The notes beneath the pieces were generated by a model. It worked only from the letters and a program-made list of their open reading frames with translations. It was not told where the DNA came from and did not search any database. The translations under genes were made by a program, and so were the position numbers. Below are positions 1 to 13,214 of a stretch of DNA of 64,000 nucleotides, in pieces (the first letter of the stretch is position 1; the number at the start of each line of letters is the position of its first letter). Origin of the DNA: the human T2T-CHM13v2.0 reference genome, Homo sapiens; assembly GCF_009914755.1 (NCBI RefSeq), contig NC_060925.1. One strand, written 5' to 3'.

Positions 1-198
1 TTGCAAGTGGAGATTTCAGCCGCTTTGAGGTCAATGGTAGAAAAGGAAATATCTTCGTATAAAGACTAGACAGAATGATTCTCAGAAACTCCTTTGTGAT
101 GTGTGCGTTCAACTCACAGAGTTTAACTTTTCTTTTCATTGAGCAGTTAGGAAACACTCTGTAAAGTCTGCAAGTGGATATTCAGACCTCTTTGAGGC

Positions 199-215
199 CT
201 TCGTTGGAAACGGGA
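199..215 (+). promoter_or_regulatory. CENP-B box (first of ~188, one per 340-bp dimer)
   Basis: CTTCGTTGGAAACGGGA matches the 17-bp consensus YTTCGTTGGAARCGGGA exactly. It recurs at 539, 879 and onward. X dimers usually end the box in T (CGGGT), which keeps the core nTTCGnnnnAnnCGGGn. Confidence 0.97.
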
Positions 216-1939
216 TTTCTTCATATTATGCTAGACAGAAGAATTCTCAGTAACTTCCTTGTGTTGTGTGTATTCAACTCACAGAGTAGAACGATCCTTT
301 ACACAGAGCAGACTAGAAACATTCTTTTCGTGGAATTTGCAAGTGGAGATTTCAGCCTCTTTGAGGTCAATCGTAGAATAGGAAATATCTTCCTATAGAA
401 ACTAGACAGAACGATTCTCAGAAACTCCTTTGTGATGTGAGCGTTCAACTCACAGAGTTTAACCTTTCTTTTCTTAGAGCAGTTAGGAAACACTCTGTTT
501 GTAAAGTCTGCAAGTGGATATTCAGACCTCTTTGAGGCCTTCGTTGGAAACGGGATTTCTTCATATTCTGCTAGACAGAAGAATTCTCAGTAACTTCCTT
601 GTGTTGTGTTTATTCAACTCACAGAGTTGAATGATCCTTTACACAGAGCAGACTTGAAACACTCTTTTTGTGGAATTTGCAAGTGGAGATTTCAGCCGCT
701 TTGTGGTCAATGGTAGAAAAGGAAATATCTTCGTATAAAGACTAGACAGAATGATTCTCAGAAACTCCTTTGTGATGTGTGCGTTCAACTCACAGAGTTT
801 AACCTTTCTGTTCATAGAGCTGTTAGGAAACACTCTGTTTGTAAAGTCTGCAAGTGGATATTCAGACCTCCTTGAGGCCTTCGTTGGAAACGGGATTTCT
901 TCATATTCTGCTAGACAGAAGAATTCTCAGTAACTTCCTTGTGTTGTGTGTATTCAACTCACAGAGTTGAACGATCCTTTACACTGAGCAGACTTGAAAC
1001 ACTCTTTTTGTGGAATTTGCAAGTGGAGATTTCAGCCGCTTTGAGGTCAATGGTAGAAAAGGAAATATCTTCGTATAAAGACTAGACAGAATGATTCTCA
1101 GAAACTCCTTTGTGATGTGTGCGTTCAACTCACAGAGTTAACTTTTCTTTTCATAGAGCAGTTAGGAAACACTCTGTTTGTAAAGTCTGCAAGTGGATAT
1201 TCAGACCTCTTTGAGGCCTTCGTTGGAAACGGGATTTCTTCATATTATGCTAGACAGAAGAATTCTCAGTAACTTCCTTGTGTTGTGTGTATTCAACTCA
1301 CAGAGTTGAACGATCCTTTACACAGAGCAGACTAGAAACATTCTTTTTGTGGAATTTGCAAGTGGAGATTTCAGCCGCTTTGAGGTCAATCGTAGAATAG
1401 GAAATATCTTCCTATAGAAACTAGACAGAACGATTCTCAGAAACTCCTTTGTGATGTGAGCGTTCAACTCACAGAGTTTAACCTTTCTTTTCATAGAGCA
1501 GTTAGGAAACACTCTGTTTGTAAAGTCTGCAAGTGGATATTCAGACCTCTTTGAGGCCTTCGTTGGAAACGGGATTTCTTCATATTCTGCTACACAGAAG
1601 AATTCTCAGTAACTTCCTTGTGTTGTGTGTATTCAACTCACAGAGTTGAACGATCCTTTACACAGAGCAGACTTGAAACACTCTATTTGTAGAATTTGCA
1701 AGTGGAGATTTCAGCCGCTTTGAGGTCAATAGTAGAAAAGGAAATATCTTCGTAGAAAAACTAGACAGAATGATTCTCAGAAACTCCTTTGTGATGTGTG
1801 TGTTCAACTCACAGAGTTTAACCTTTCTTTTCATAGAGCAGTTAGTAAACACTCTGTTTATAAAGTCTGCAAGTGGATATTCAGACCCCTTTGAGGCCTT
1901 CGTTGGAAACGGGATTTCTTCATATTATGCTAGACAGAA

Positions 1940-2617
1940 GAATTCTCAGTAACTTCCTTGTGTTGTGTGTATTCAACTGACAGAGTTGAACTTTCATTTA
2001 GAGAGAGCAGATTTGAAACTCTGTTTTTGTGGAATTTGCAAGTGGAGATTTCAAGCGCTTTGGGGCCAAAGGCAGAAAAGGAAATATCTTCGTATAAAAA
2101 CTAGACAGAATCATTCTCAGAAACTGCTGCGTGATGTGTGCGTTCAACTCTCAGAGTTTAACTTTTCTTTTCATTCAGCGGTTTGGAAACACTCTGTTTG
2201 TAAAGTCTGCACGTGGAAATTTTGACCACTTAGAGGCCTTCGTTGGAAACGGGATTTTTTTCATGTAAGGCTAGACAGAAGAATTCCCAGTAACTTCCTT
2301 GTGTTGTGTGCATTCAACTCACAGAGTTGAACGTTCCCTTAGACAGAGCAGATTTGAAACACTATTTGTGCAATTTGCAAGTGTAGTTTTCAAGCTCTTT
2401 AAGGTCAACGACAGAAAAGGAAATATCTTGGTTTCAAAACTAGACAGAATCATTCCCACAAACTGCGTTGTGATGTGTTCGTTCAACTCACAGAGTTTAA
2501 CCTTTCTGTTCATAGAGCAGTTAGGAAACACTCTGTTTGTAAAGTCTGTAAGTGGATATTCTGACATCTTGTGGCCTTCGTTGGAAACGGGATTTCTTCA
2601 TATTCTGCTAGACAGAA
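1940..2617 (+). repeat. Divergent 4-monomer block X-Y (first of 27 copies), the HOR-marking unit
   Basis: Dimer X carries AACTGACAGAGTTGAACTTTCATTTAGAGAG, TTTGGGGCCAAAGGCAG, CATTCAGCGGTTTGG and CATGTAAGGCTAG. Dimer Y carries AACGTTCCCTTAGAC, CATTCCCACAAACTGCGTTG and CTGACATCTTGTGGCC and is 339 bp. The MCIQLTELN ORF marks copies at 1965, 5023, 7743, 10462, 12162, 15222, 17942, 22021, 24400, 26780, 29839, 33238, 34597, 36636, 39355, 42074, 44793, 46152, 49550, 50909, 51589, 53289, 56009, 58048, 60426 and 62465; one more copy at 48191 has the ORF broken by A>T at 48242. Confidence 0.95.
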
Positions 2618-5600
2618 GAATTCTCAGTAACTTCCTTGTGTTGTGTGTATTCAACTCACAGAGTTGAACGATCCTTTACACAGAGCAGACTTGAAACATT
2701 CTTTTTGTGGAATTTGCAAGTGGAGATTTCAGCCGCTTTGAGGTCAATGGTAGAATAGGAAATATCTTCCTATAGAAACTAGACAGAACGATTCTCAGAA
2801 ACTCCTTTGTGATGTGTGCGTTCAACTCACAGAGTTTAACCTTTCTTTTCATAGAGCAGTTAGGAAACACTCTGTTTGTAAAGTCTGCAAGTGGATATTC
2901 AGACCTCTATGAGGCCTTCGTTGGAAACGGGATTTCTTCATATTCTGCTAGACAGAAGAATTCTCAGTAACTTCCTTGTGTTGTGTGTATTCAACTCACA
3001 GAGTTGAATGATCCTTTACACAGAGCAGACTTGAAACACTCTTTTTGTGGAATTTGCAAGTGGAGATTTCAGCCGCTTTGTGGTCAATGGTAGAAAAGGA
3101 AATATCTTCGTATAAAGACTAGACAGAATGATTCTCAGAAACTCCTTTGTGATGTGTGCGTTCAACTCACAGAGTTTAACCTTTCTGTTCATAGAGCTGT
3201 TAGGAAACACTCTGTTTGTAAAGTCTGCAAGTGGATATTCAGACCTCCTTCAGGCCTTCGTTGGAAATGGGATTTCTTCATATTCTGCTAGACAGAAGAA
3301 TTCTCAGTAACTTCCTTGTGTTGTGTGTATTCAACTCACAGAGTTGAACGATCCTTTACACAGAGCAGACTTGAAACACTCTTTTTGTGGAATTTGCAAG
3401 TGGAGATTTCAGCCGCTTTGAGGTCAATGGTAGAAAAGGAAATATCTTCGTATAAAGACTAGACAGAATGATTCTCAGAAAATCTTTTGTGATGTGTGCG
3501 TTCAACTCACAGAGTTTAACTTTTCTTCTCATAGAGCAGTTAGGAAACACTCTGTTTGTAAAGTCTGCAAGTGGATATTCAGACCTCTTTGAGGCCTTCG
3601 TTGGAAACGGGATTTCTTCATATTATGCTAGACAGAATAATTCTCAGTAACTTCCTTGTGTTGTGTGTATTCAACTCACAGAGTTGAAGGATCCTTTACA
3701 GAGAGCAGGCTTGAAACACTCCTTTTGTCGAATTTGCAAGTGGAGATTTCAGCCGCTTTGAGGTCAATGGTAGAATTGGAAATATCTTCTTATAGAAACT
3801 AGAGAGAATGATTCTCATAAACTCCTTTGTGATGTGTGCGTTCAACTCACAGAGTTTAACCTTTCTTTTCATAGAGCAGTTAGGAAACACTCTGTTTGTA
3901 AAGTCTGCAAGTGGATATTCAGACCTCCTTGAGGCCTTCGTTGGAAACGGGATTTCTTCATATTCTGCTAGACAGAAGAATTCTCAGTAACTTCCTTGTG
4001 TTGTGTTTATTCAACTCACAGAGTTGAATGATCCTTTACACAGAGCAGACTTGAAACACTCTTTTTGTGGAATTTGCAAGTGGAGATTTCAGCCGCTTTG
4101 AGGTCAATGGTAGAAAAGGAAATATCTTCGTATAAAGACTAGACAGAATGATTCTCAGAAACTCCTTTGTGATGTGTGCGTTCAACTCACAGAGTTTAAC
4201 TTTTCTTTTCATAGAGCAGTTAGGAAACACTCTGTTTGTAAAGTCTGCAAGTGGATATTCAGACCTCTTTGAGTCCTTCATTGGAAACGGGATTTCTTCA
4301 TATTATGCTAGACAGAAGAATTCTCAGTAACTTCCTTGTGTTGTGTGTATTCAACTCACAGAGTTGAACGATCCTTTACACTGAGCAGACTTGAAACATT
4401 CTTTTTGTGGAATTTGCAAGTGGAGATTTCAGCCGCTTTGGGGTCAATGGTAGAATAGGAAATATCTTCCTATAGAAACTAGTCAGAACGATTCTCAGAA
4501 ACTCCTTTGTGATGTGTGCGATCAACTCACAGAGTTTAACCTTTCTTTTCATAGAGCAGTTAGGAAACACTCTGTTTGTAAAGTCTGCAAGTGGATATTC
4601 AGACCTCTTTGAGGCCTTCGTTGGAATCGGGATTTCTTCATATTCTGCTAGACAGAAGAATTCTCAGTAACTTCCTTGTGTTGTGTGTATTCAACTCACA
4701 GAGTTGAACGATCCTTTACACAGAGCAGACTTGAAACACTCTATTTGTAGAATTTGCAAGTGGAGATTTCAGCCGCTTTGAGGTCAATAGTAGAAAAGGA
4801 AATATCTTCGTAGAAAAACTAGACAGAATGATTCTCAGAAACTCCTTTGTGATGTGTGTGTTCAACTCACAGAGTTTAACCTTTCTTTTCATAGAGCAGT
4901 TAGTAAACACTCTGTTTATAAAGTCTGCAAGTGGATATTCAGACCCCTTTGAGGCCTTCGTTGGAAACGGGATTTCTTCATATTATGCTAGACAGAAGAA
5001 TTCTCAGTAACTTCCTTGTGTTGTGTGTATTCAACTGACAGAGTTGAACTTTTATTTAGAGAGAGCAGATTTGAAACTCTGTTTTTGTGGAATTTGCAAG
5101 TGGAGATTTCAAGCGCTTTGGGGCCAAAGGCAGAAAAGGAAATATCTTCGTATAAAAACTAGACAGAATCATTCTCAGAAACTGCTGCGTGATGTGTGCG
5201 TTCAACTCTCAGAGTTTAACTTTTCTTTTCATTCAGCGGTTTGGAAACACTCTGTTTGTAAAGTCTGCACGTGGAAATTTTGACCACTTAGAGGCCTTCG
5301 TTGGAAACGGGTTTTTTTCATGTAAGGCTAGACAGAAGAATTCCCAGTAACTTCCTTGTGTTGTGTGCATTCAACTCACAGAGTTGAACGTTCCCTTAGA
5401 CAGAGCAGATTTGAAACACTCTATTTGTGCAATTTGCAAGTGTAGTTTTCAAGCTCTTTAAGGTCAACGGCAGAAAAGGAAATATCTTGGTTTCAAAACT
5501 AGACAGAATCATTCCCACAAACTGCGTTGTGATGTGTTCGTTCAACTCACAGAGTTTAACATTTCTGTTCATAGAGCAGTTAGGAAACACTCTGTTTGTA

Positions 5601-8600
5601 AAGTCTGTAAGTGGATATTCAGACATCTTGTGGCCTTCGTTGGAAACGGGATTTCTTCCTATTCTGCTAGACAGAAGAATTCTCAGTAACTTCCTTGTGT
5701 TGTGTGTATTCAACTCACAGAGTGGAACGATCCTTTACACAGAGCAGACTTGAAACATTCTTTTTGTGGAATTTGCAAGTGGAGATTTCAGCCGCTTTGA
5801 GGTCAATGGTAGAATAGGAAATATGTTCCTATAGAAACTAGACAGAACGATTCTCAGAAACTCCTTTGTGATGTGTGCGTTCAACTCACAGAGTTTAACC
5901 TTTCTTTTTCATAGAGCAGTTAGGAAACACTCTGTTTGTAAAGTCTGCAAGTGGATATTCAGACCTCTTTGAGGCCTTCGTTGGAAACGGGATTTCTTCA
6001 TATTCTGGTAGACAGAAGAATTCTCAGTAACTTCCTTGTGTTGTGTGTATTCAACTCACAGAGTTGAACGATCCTTTACACAGAGCAGACTTGAAACACT
6101 CTTTTTGTGGAATTTGCAAGTGGAGATTTCAGCCGCTTTGAGGTCAATAGTAGAAAAGGAAATATCTTCGTAGAAAAACTAGACAGAATGATTCTCAGAA
6201 ACTCCTTTGTGATGTGTGTGTTCAACTCACAGAGTTTAACCTTTCTTTTCATAGAGCAGTTAGGAAACACTCTGCTTGTAAAGTCTGCAAGTGGATATTC
6301 AGACCTCGTTGAGGCCTTCGTTGGAAACGGGATTTCTTCATATTCTGCTAGACAGAAGAATTCTCAGTAACTTCCTTGTGTTGTGTTTATGCAACTCACA
6401 GAGTTGAATGATCCTTTACACAGAGCAGACTTGAAACACTCTTTTTGTGGAATTTGCAAGTGGAGATTTCAGCCGCTTTGTGGTCAATGGTAGAAAAGGA
6501 AATATCTTCGTATAAAGACTAGACAGAATGATTCTCAGAAACTCCTTTGTGATGTGTGCGTTCAACTCACAGAGTTTAACCTTTCTGTTCATAGAGCTGG
6601 TAGGAAACACTCTGTTTGTAAAGTCTGCAAGTGGATATTCAGACCTCCTTGCGGCCTTCGTTGGAAACGGGATTTCTTCATATTCTGCTAGACAGAAGAA
6701 TTCTCAGTAACTTCCTTGTGTTGTGTGTATTCAACTCACAGAGTTGAACGATCCTTTACACAGAGCAGACTTGAAACACTCTTTTTGTGGAATTTGCAAG
6801 TGGAGATTTCAGCCGCTTTGAGGTCAATGGTAGAAAAGGAAATATCTTCGTATAAAGACTAGACAGAATGATTCTCAGAAACTCCTTTGTGATGTGTGCG
6901 TTCAACTCACAGAGTTTAACTTTTCTTTTCATTGAGCAGTTAGGAAACACTCTGTTTGTAAAGTCTGCAAGTGGATATTCAGACCTCTTTGAGGCCTTCG
7001 TTGGAAACGGGATTTCTTCATATTATGCTAGACAGAAGAATTCTCAGTAACTTCCTTGTGTTGTGTGTATTCAACTCACAGAGTTGAACGATCCTTTACA
7101 CAGAGCAGACTAGAAACATTCTTTTCGTGGAATTTGCAAGTGGAGATTTCAGCCGCTTTGAGGTCAATCGTAGAATAGGAAATATCTTCCTATAGAAACT
7201 AGACAGAACGATTCTCAGAAACTCCTTTGTGATGTGAGCGTTCAACTCACAGAGTTTAACCTTTCTTTTCTTAGAGCAGTTAGGAAACACTCTGTTTGTA
7301 AAGTCTGCAAGTGGATATTCAGACCTCTTTGAGGCCTTCGTTGGAAACGGGATTTCTTCATATTCTGCTAGACAGAAGAATTCTCAGTAACTTCCTTGTG
7401 TTGTGTGTATTCAACTCACAGAGTTGAACGATCCTTTACACAGAGCAGACTTGAAACACTCTATTTGTAGAATTTGCAAGTGGAGATTTCAGCCGCTTTG
7501 TGGTCAATAGTAGAAAAGGAAATATCTTCGTAGAAAAACTAGACAGAATGATTCTCAGAAACTCCTTTGTGATGTGTGTGTTCAACTCACAGAGTTTAAC
7601 CTTTCTTTTCATAGAGCAGTTAGTAAACACTCTGTTTATAAAGTCTGCAAGTGGATATTCAGACCCCTTTGAGGCCTTCGTTGGAAACGGGATTGCTTCA
7701 TATTATGCTAGACAGAAGAATTCTCAGTAACTTCCTTGTGTTGTGTGTATTCAACTGACAGAGTTGAACTTTTATTTAGAGAGAGCAGATTTGAAACTCT
7801 GTTTTTGTGGAATTTGCAAGTGGAGATTTCAAGCGCTTTGGGGCCAAAGGCAGAAAAGGAAATATCTTCGTATAAAAACTAGACAGAATCATTCTCAGAA
7901 ACTGCTGCGTGATGTGTGCGTTCAACTCTCAGAGTTTAACTTTTCTTTTCATTCAGCGGTTTGGAAACACTCTGTTTGTAAAGTCTGCACGTGGAAATTT
8001 TGACCACTTAGAGGCCTTCGTTGGAAACGGGTTTTTTTCATGTAAGGCTAGACAGAAGAATTCCCAGTAACTTCCTTGTGTTGTGTGCATTCAACTCACA
8101 GAGTTGAACGTTCCCTTAGACAGAGCAGATTTGAAACACTCTATTTGTGCAATTTGCAAGTGTAGTTTTCAAGCTCTCTAAGGTCAACGGCAGAAAAGGA
8201 AATATCTTGGTTTCAAAACTAGACAGAATCATTCCCACAAACTGCGTTGTGATGTGTTCGTTCAACTCACAGAGTTTAACCTTTCTGTTCATAGAGCAGT
8301 TAGGAAACACTCTGTTTGTAAAGTCTGTAAGTGGATATTCTGACATCTTGTGGCCTTCGTTGGAAACGGGATTTCTTCATATTCTGCTAGACAGAAGAAT
8401 TCTCAGTAACTTCCTTGTGTTGTGTGTATTCAACTCACAGAGTTGAACGATCCTTTACACAGAGCAGACTTGAAACATTCTTTTTGTGGAATTTGCAAGT
8501 GGAGATTTTAGCCGCTTTGAGGTCAATGGTAGAATAGGAAATATGTTCCTATAGAAACTAGACAGAACGATTCTCAGAAACTCCTTTGTGATGTGTGCGT

Positions 8601-9814
8601 TCAACTCACAGAGTTTAACCTTTCTTTTCATAGAGCAGTTAGGAAACACTCTGTTTGTAAAGTCTGCAAGTGGATATTCAGACCTCTTTGAGGCCTTCGT
8701 TGGAAACGGGATTTCTTCATATTCTGCTAGACAGAAGAATTCTCAGTAACTTCCTTGTGTTGTGTGTATTCAACTCACAGAGTTGAACGATCCTTTACAC
8801 AGAGCAGACTTGAAACACTCTTTTTGTGGAATTTGCAAGTGGAGATTTCAGCCGCTTTGAGGTCAATAGTAGAAAAGGAAATATCTTCGTAGAAAAACTA
8901 GACAGAATGATTCTCAGAAACTCCTTTGTGATGTGTGTGTTCAACTCACAGAGTTTAACCTTTCTTTTCATAGAGCAGTTAGGAAACACTCTGCTTGTAA
9001 AGTCTGCAAGTGGATATTCAGACCTCCTTGAGGCCTTCGTTGGAAACGGGATTTCTTCATATTCTGCTAGACAGAAGAATTCTCAGTAACTTCCTTGTGT
9101 TGTGTTTATTCAACTCACAGAGTTGAATGATCCTTTACACAGAGCAGACTTGAAACACTCTTTTTGTGGAATTTGCAAGTGGAGATTTCAGCCGCTTTGA
9201 GGTCAATGGTAGAAAAGGAAATATCTTCGTATAAAGTCTAGACAGAATGATTCTCAGAAACTCCTTTGTGATGTGTGCGTTCAACTCACAGAGTTTAACC
9301 TTTCTGTTCATAGAGCTGTTAGGAAACACTCTGTTTGTAAAGTCTGCAAGTGGATATTCAGACCTCCTTGAGGCCTTCGTTGGAAACGGGATTTCTTCAT
9401 ATTCTGCTAGACAGAAGAATTCTCAGTAACTTCCTTGTGTTGTGTGTATTCAACTCACAGAGTTGAACGATCCTTTACACTGAGCAGACTTGAAACACTC
9501 TTTTTGTGGAATTTGCAAGTGGAGATTTCAGCCGCTTTGAGGTCAATGGTAGAAAAGGAAATATCTTCGTATAAAGACTAGACAGAATGATTCTCAGAAA
9601 CTCCTTTGTGATGTGTGCGTTCAACTCACAGAGTTTAACTTTTCTTTTCATAGAGCAGTTAGGAAACACTCTGTTTGTAAAGTCTGCAAGTGGATATTCA
9701 GACCTCTTTGAGGCCTTCGTTGGAAACGGGATTTCTTCATATTATGCTAGACAGAAGAATTCTCAGTAACTTCCTTGTGTTGTGTGTATTCAACTCACAG
9801 AGTTGAACGATCCT

Positions 9815-12800
9815 TTACACAGAGCAGACTAGAAACATTCTTTTTGTGGAATTTGCAAGTGGAGATTTCAGCCGCTTTGAGGTCAATCGTAGAATAGGAA
9901 ATATCTTCCTATAGAAACTAGACAGAACGATTCTCAGAAACTCCTTTGTGATGTGAGCGTTCAACTCACAGAGTTTAACCTTTCTTTTCATAGAGCAGTT
10001 AGGAAACACTCTGTTTGTAAAGTCTGCAAGTGGATATTCAGACCTCTTTGAGGCCTTCGTTGGAAACGGGATTTCTTCATATTCTGCTACACAGAAGAAT
10101 TCTCAGTAACTTCCTTGTGTTGTGTGTATTCAACTCACAGAGTTGAACGATCCTTTACACAGAGCAGACTTGAAACCCTCTATTTGTAGAATTTGCAAGT
10201 GGAGATTTCAGCCGCTTTGAGGTCAATAGTAGAAAAGGAAATATCTTCGTAGAAAAACTAGACAGAATGATTCTCAGAAACTCCTTTGTGATGTGTGTGT
10301 TCAACTCACAGAGTTTAACCTTTCTTTTCATAGAGCAGTTAGTAAACACTCTGTTTATAAAGTCTGCAAGTGGATATTCAGACCCCTTTGAGGCCTTCGT
10401 TGGAAACGGGATTTCTTCATATTATGCTAGACAGAAGAATTCTCAGTAACTTCCTTGTGTTGTGTGTATTCAACTGACAGAGTTGAACTTTCATTTAGAG
10501 AGAGCAGATTTGAAACTCTGTTTTTGTGGAATTTGCAAGTGGAGATTTCAAGCGCTTTGGGGCCAAAGGCAGAAAAGGAAATATCTTCGTATAAAAACTA
10601 GACAGAATCATTCTCAGAAACTGCTGCGTGATGTGTGCGTTCAACTCTCAGAGTTTAACTTTTCTTTTCATTCAGCGGTTTGGAAACACTCTGTTTGTAA
10701 AGTCTGCACGTGGAAATTTTGACCACTTAAAGGCCTTCGTTGGAAACGGGATTTTTTTCATGTAAGGCTAGACAGAAGAATTCCCAGTAACTTCCTTGTG
10801 TTGTGTGCATTCAACTCACAGAGTTGAACGTTCCCTTAGACAGAGCAGATTTGAAACACTCTATTTGTGCAATTTGCAAGTGTAGTTTTCAAGCTCTTTA
10901 AGGTCAACGACAGAAAAGGAAATATCTTGGTTTCAAAACTAGACAGAATCATTCCCACAAACTGCGTTGTGATGTGTTCGTTCAACTCACAGAGTTTAAC
11001 CTTTCTGTTCATAGAGCAGTTAGGAAACACTCTGTTTGTAAAGTCTGTAAGTGGATATTCTGACATCTTGTGGCCTTCGTTGGAAACGGGATTTCTTCAT
11101 ATTCTGCTAGACAGAAGAATTCTCAGTAACTTCCTTGTGTTGTGTGTATTCAACTCACAGAGTTGAACGATCCTTTACACAGAGCAGACTTGAAACATTC
11201 TTTTTGTGGAATTTGCAAGTGGAGATTTCAGCCGCTTTGAGGTCAATGGTAGAATAGGAAATATCTTCCTATAGAAACTAGACAGAACGATTCTCAGAAA
11301 CTCCTTTGTGATGTGTGCGTTCAACTCACAGAGTTTAACTTTTCTTTTCATAGAGCAGTTAGGAAACACTCTGTTTGTAAAGTCTGCAAGTGGATATTCA
11401 GACCTCTTTGAGGCCTTCGTTGGAAACGGGATTTCTTCATATTATGCTAGACAGAAGAATTCTCAGTAACTTCCTTGTGTTGTGTGTATTCAACTCACAG
11501 AGTTGAACGATCCTTTACACAGAGCAGACTAGAAACATTCTTTTTGTGGAATTTGCAAGTGGAGATTTCAGCCGCTTTGAGGTCAATCGTAGAATAGGAA
11601 ATATCTTCCTATAGAAACTAGACAGAACGATTCTCAGAAACTCCTTTGTGATGTGAGCGTTCAACTCACAGAGTTTAACCTTTCTTTTCATAGAGCAGTT
11701 AGGAAACACTCTGTTTGTAAAGTCTGCAAGTGGATATTCAGACCTCTTTGAGGCCTTCGTTGGAAACGGGATTTCTTCATATTCTGCTACACAGAAGAAT
11801 TCTCAGTAACTTCCTTGTGTTGTGTGTATTCAACTCACAGAGTTGAACGATCCTTTACACAGAGCAGACTTGAAACCCTCTATTTGTAGAATTTGCAAGT
11901 GGAGATTTCAGCCGCTTTGAGGTCAATAGTAGAAAAGGAAATATCTTCGTAGAAAAACTAGACAGAATGATTCTCAGAAACTCCTTTGTGATGTGTGTGT
12001 TCAACTCACAGAGTTTAACCTTTCTTTTCATAGAGCAGTTAGTAAACACTCTGTTTATAAAGTCTGCAAGTGGATATTCAGACCCCTTTGAGGCCTTCGT
12101 TGGAAACGGGATTTCTTCATATTATGCTAGACAGAAGAATTCTCAGTAACTTCCTTGTGTTGTGTGTATTCAACTGACAGAGTTGAACTTTCATTTAGAG
12201 AGAGCAGATTTGAAACTCTGTTTTTGTGGAATTTGCAAGTGGAGATTTCAAGCGCTTTGGGGCCAAAGGCAGAAAAGGAAATATCTTCGTATAAAAACTA
12301 GACAGAATCATTCTCAGAAACTGCTGCGTGATGTGTGCGTTCAACTCTCAGAGTTTAACTTTTCTTTTCATTCAGCGGTTTGGAAACACTCTGTTTGTAA
12401 AGTCTGCACGTGGAAATTTTGACCACTTAAAGGCCTTCGTTGGAAACGGGATTTTTTTCATGTAAGGCTAGACAGAAGAATTCCCAGTAACTTCCTTGTG
12501 TTGTGTGCATTCAACTCACAGAGTTGAACGTTCCCTTAGACAGAGCAGATTTGAAACACTCTATTTGTGCAATTTGCAAGTGTAGTTTTCAAGCTCTTTA
12601 AGGTCAACGACAGAAAAGGAAATATCTTGGTTTCAAAACTAGACAGAATCATTCCCACAAACTGCGTTGTGATGTGTTCGTTCAACTCACAGAGTTTAAC
12701 CTTTCTGTTCATAGAGCAGTTAGGAAACACTCTGTTTGTAAAGTCTGTAAGTGGATATTCTGACATCTTGTGGCCTTCGTTGGAAACGGGATTTCTTCAT

Positions 12801-13214
12801 ATTCTGCTAGACAGAAGAATTCTCAGTAACTTCCTTGTGTTGTGTGTATTCAACTCACAGAGTTGAACGATCCTTTACACAGAGCAGACTTGAAACATTC
12901 TTTTTGTGGAATTTGCAAGTGGAGATTTCAGCCGCTTTGAGGTCAATGGTAGAATAGGAAATATCTTCCTATAGAAACTAGACAGAACGATTCTCAGAAA
13001 CTACTTTGTGATGTGTGCGTTCAACTCACAGAGTTTAACCTTTCTTTTCATAGAGCAGTTAGGAAACACTCTGTTTGTAAAGTCTGCAAGTGGATATTCA
13101 GACCTCTATGAGGCCTTCGTTGGAAACGGGATTTCTTCATATTCTGCTAGACAGAAGAATTCTCAGTAACTTCCTTGTGTTGTGTGTATTCAACTCACAG
13201 AGTTGAACGATCCT
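9815..13214 (+). repeat. Recent tandem duplication, 1700-bp (10-monomer) period
   Basis: Shared rare variants lie 1700 bp apart: CTACACAG 10090/11790, AAACCCTC 10176/11876, CACTTAAAGG 10730/12430, GGGATTTTTTTCATG 10751/12451, AACGACAG 10910/12610. Boundaries are approximate. Confidence 0.88.

Noticed and set aside
639-833. KRKVK nuclear-localisation-like motif in the minus-strand ORFs
   Set aside because: It is a chance translation of the T-rich AACCTTTCTTTTCAT satellite segment, with no evidence of a real protein.
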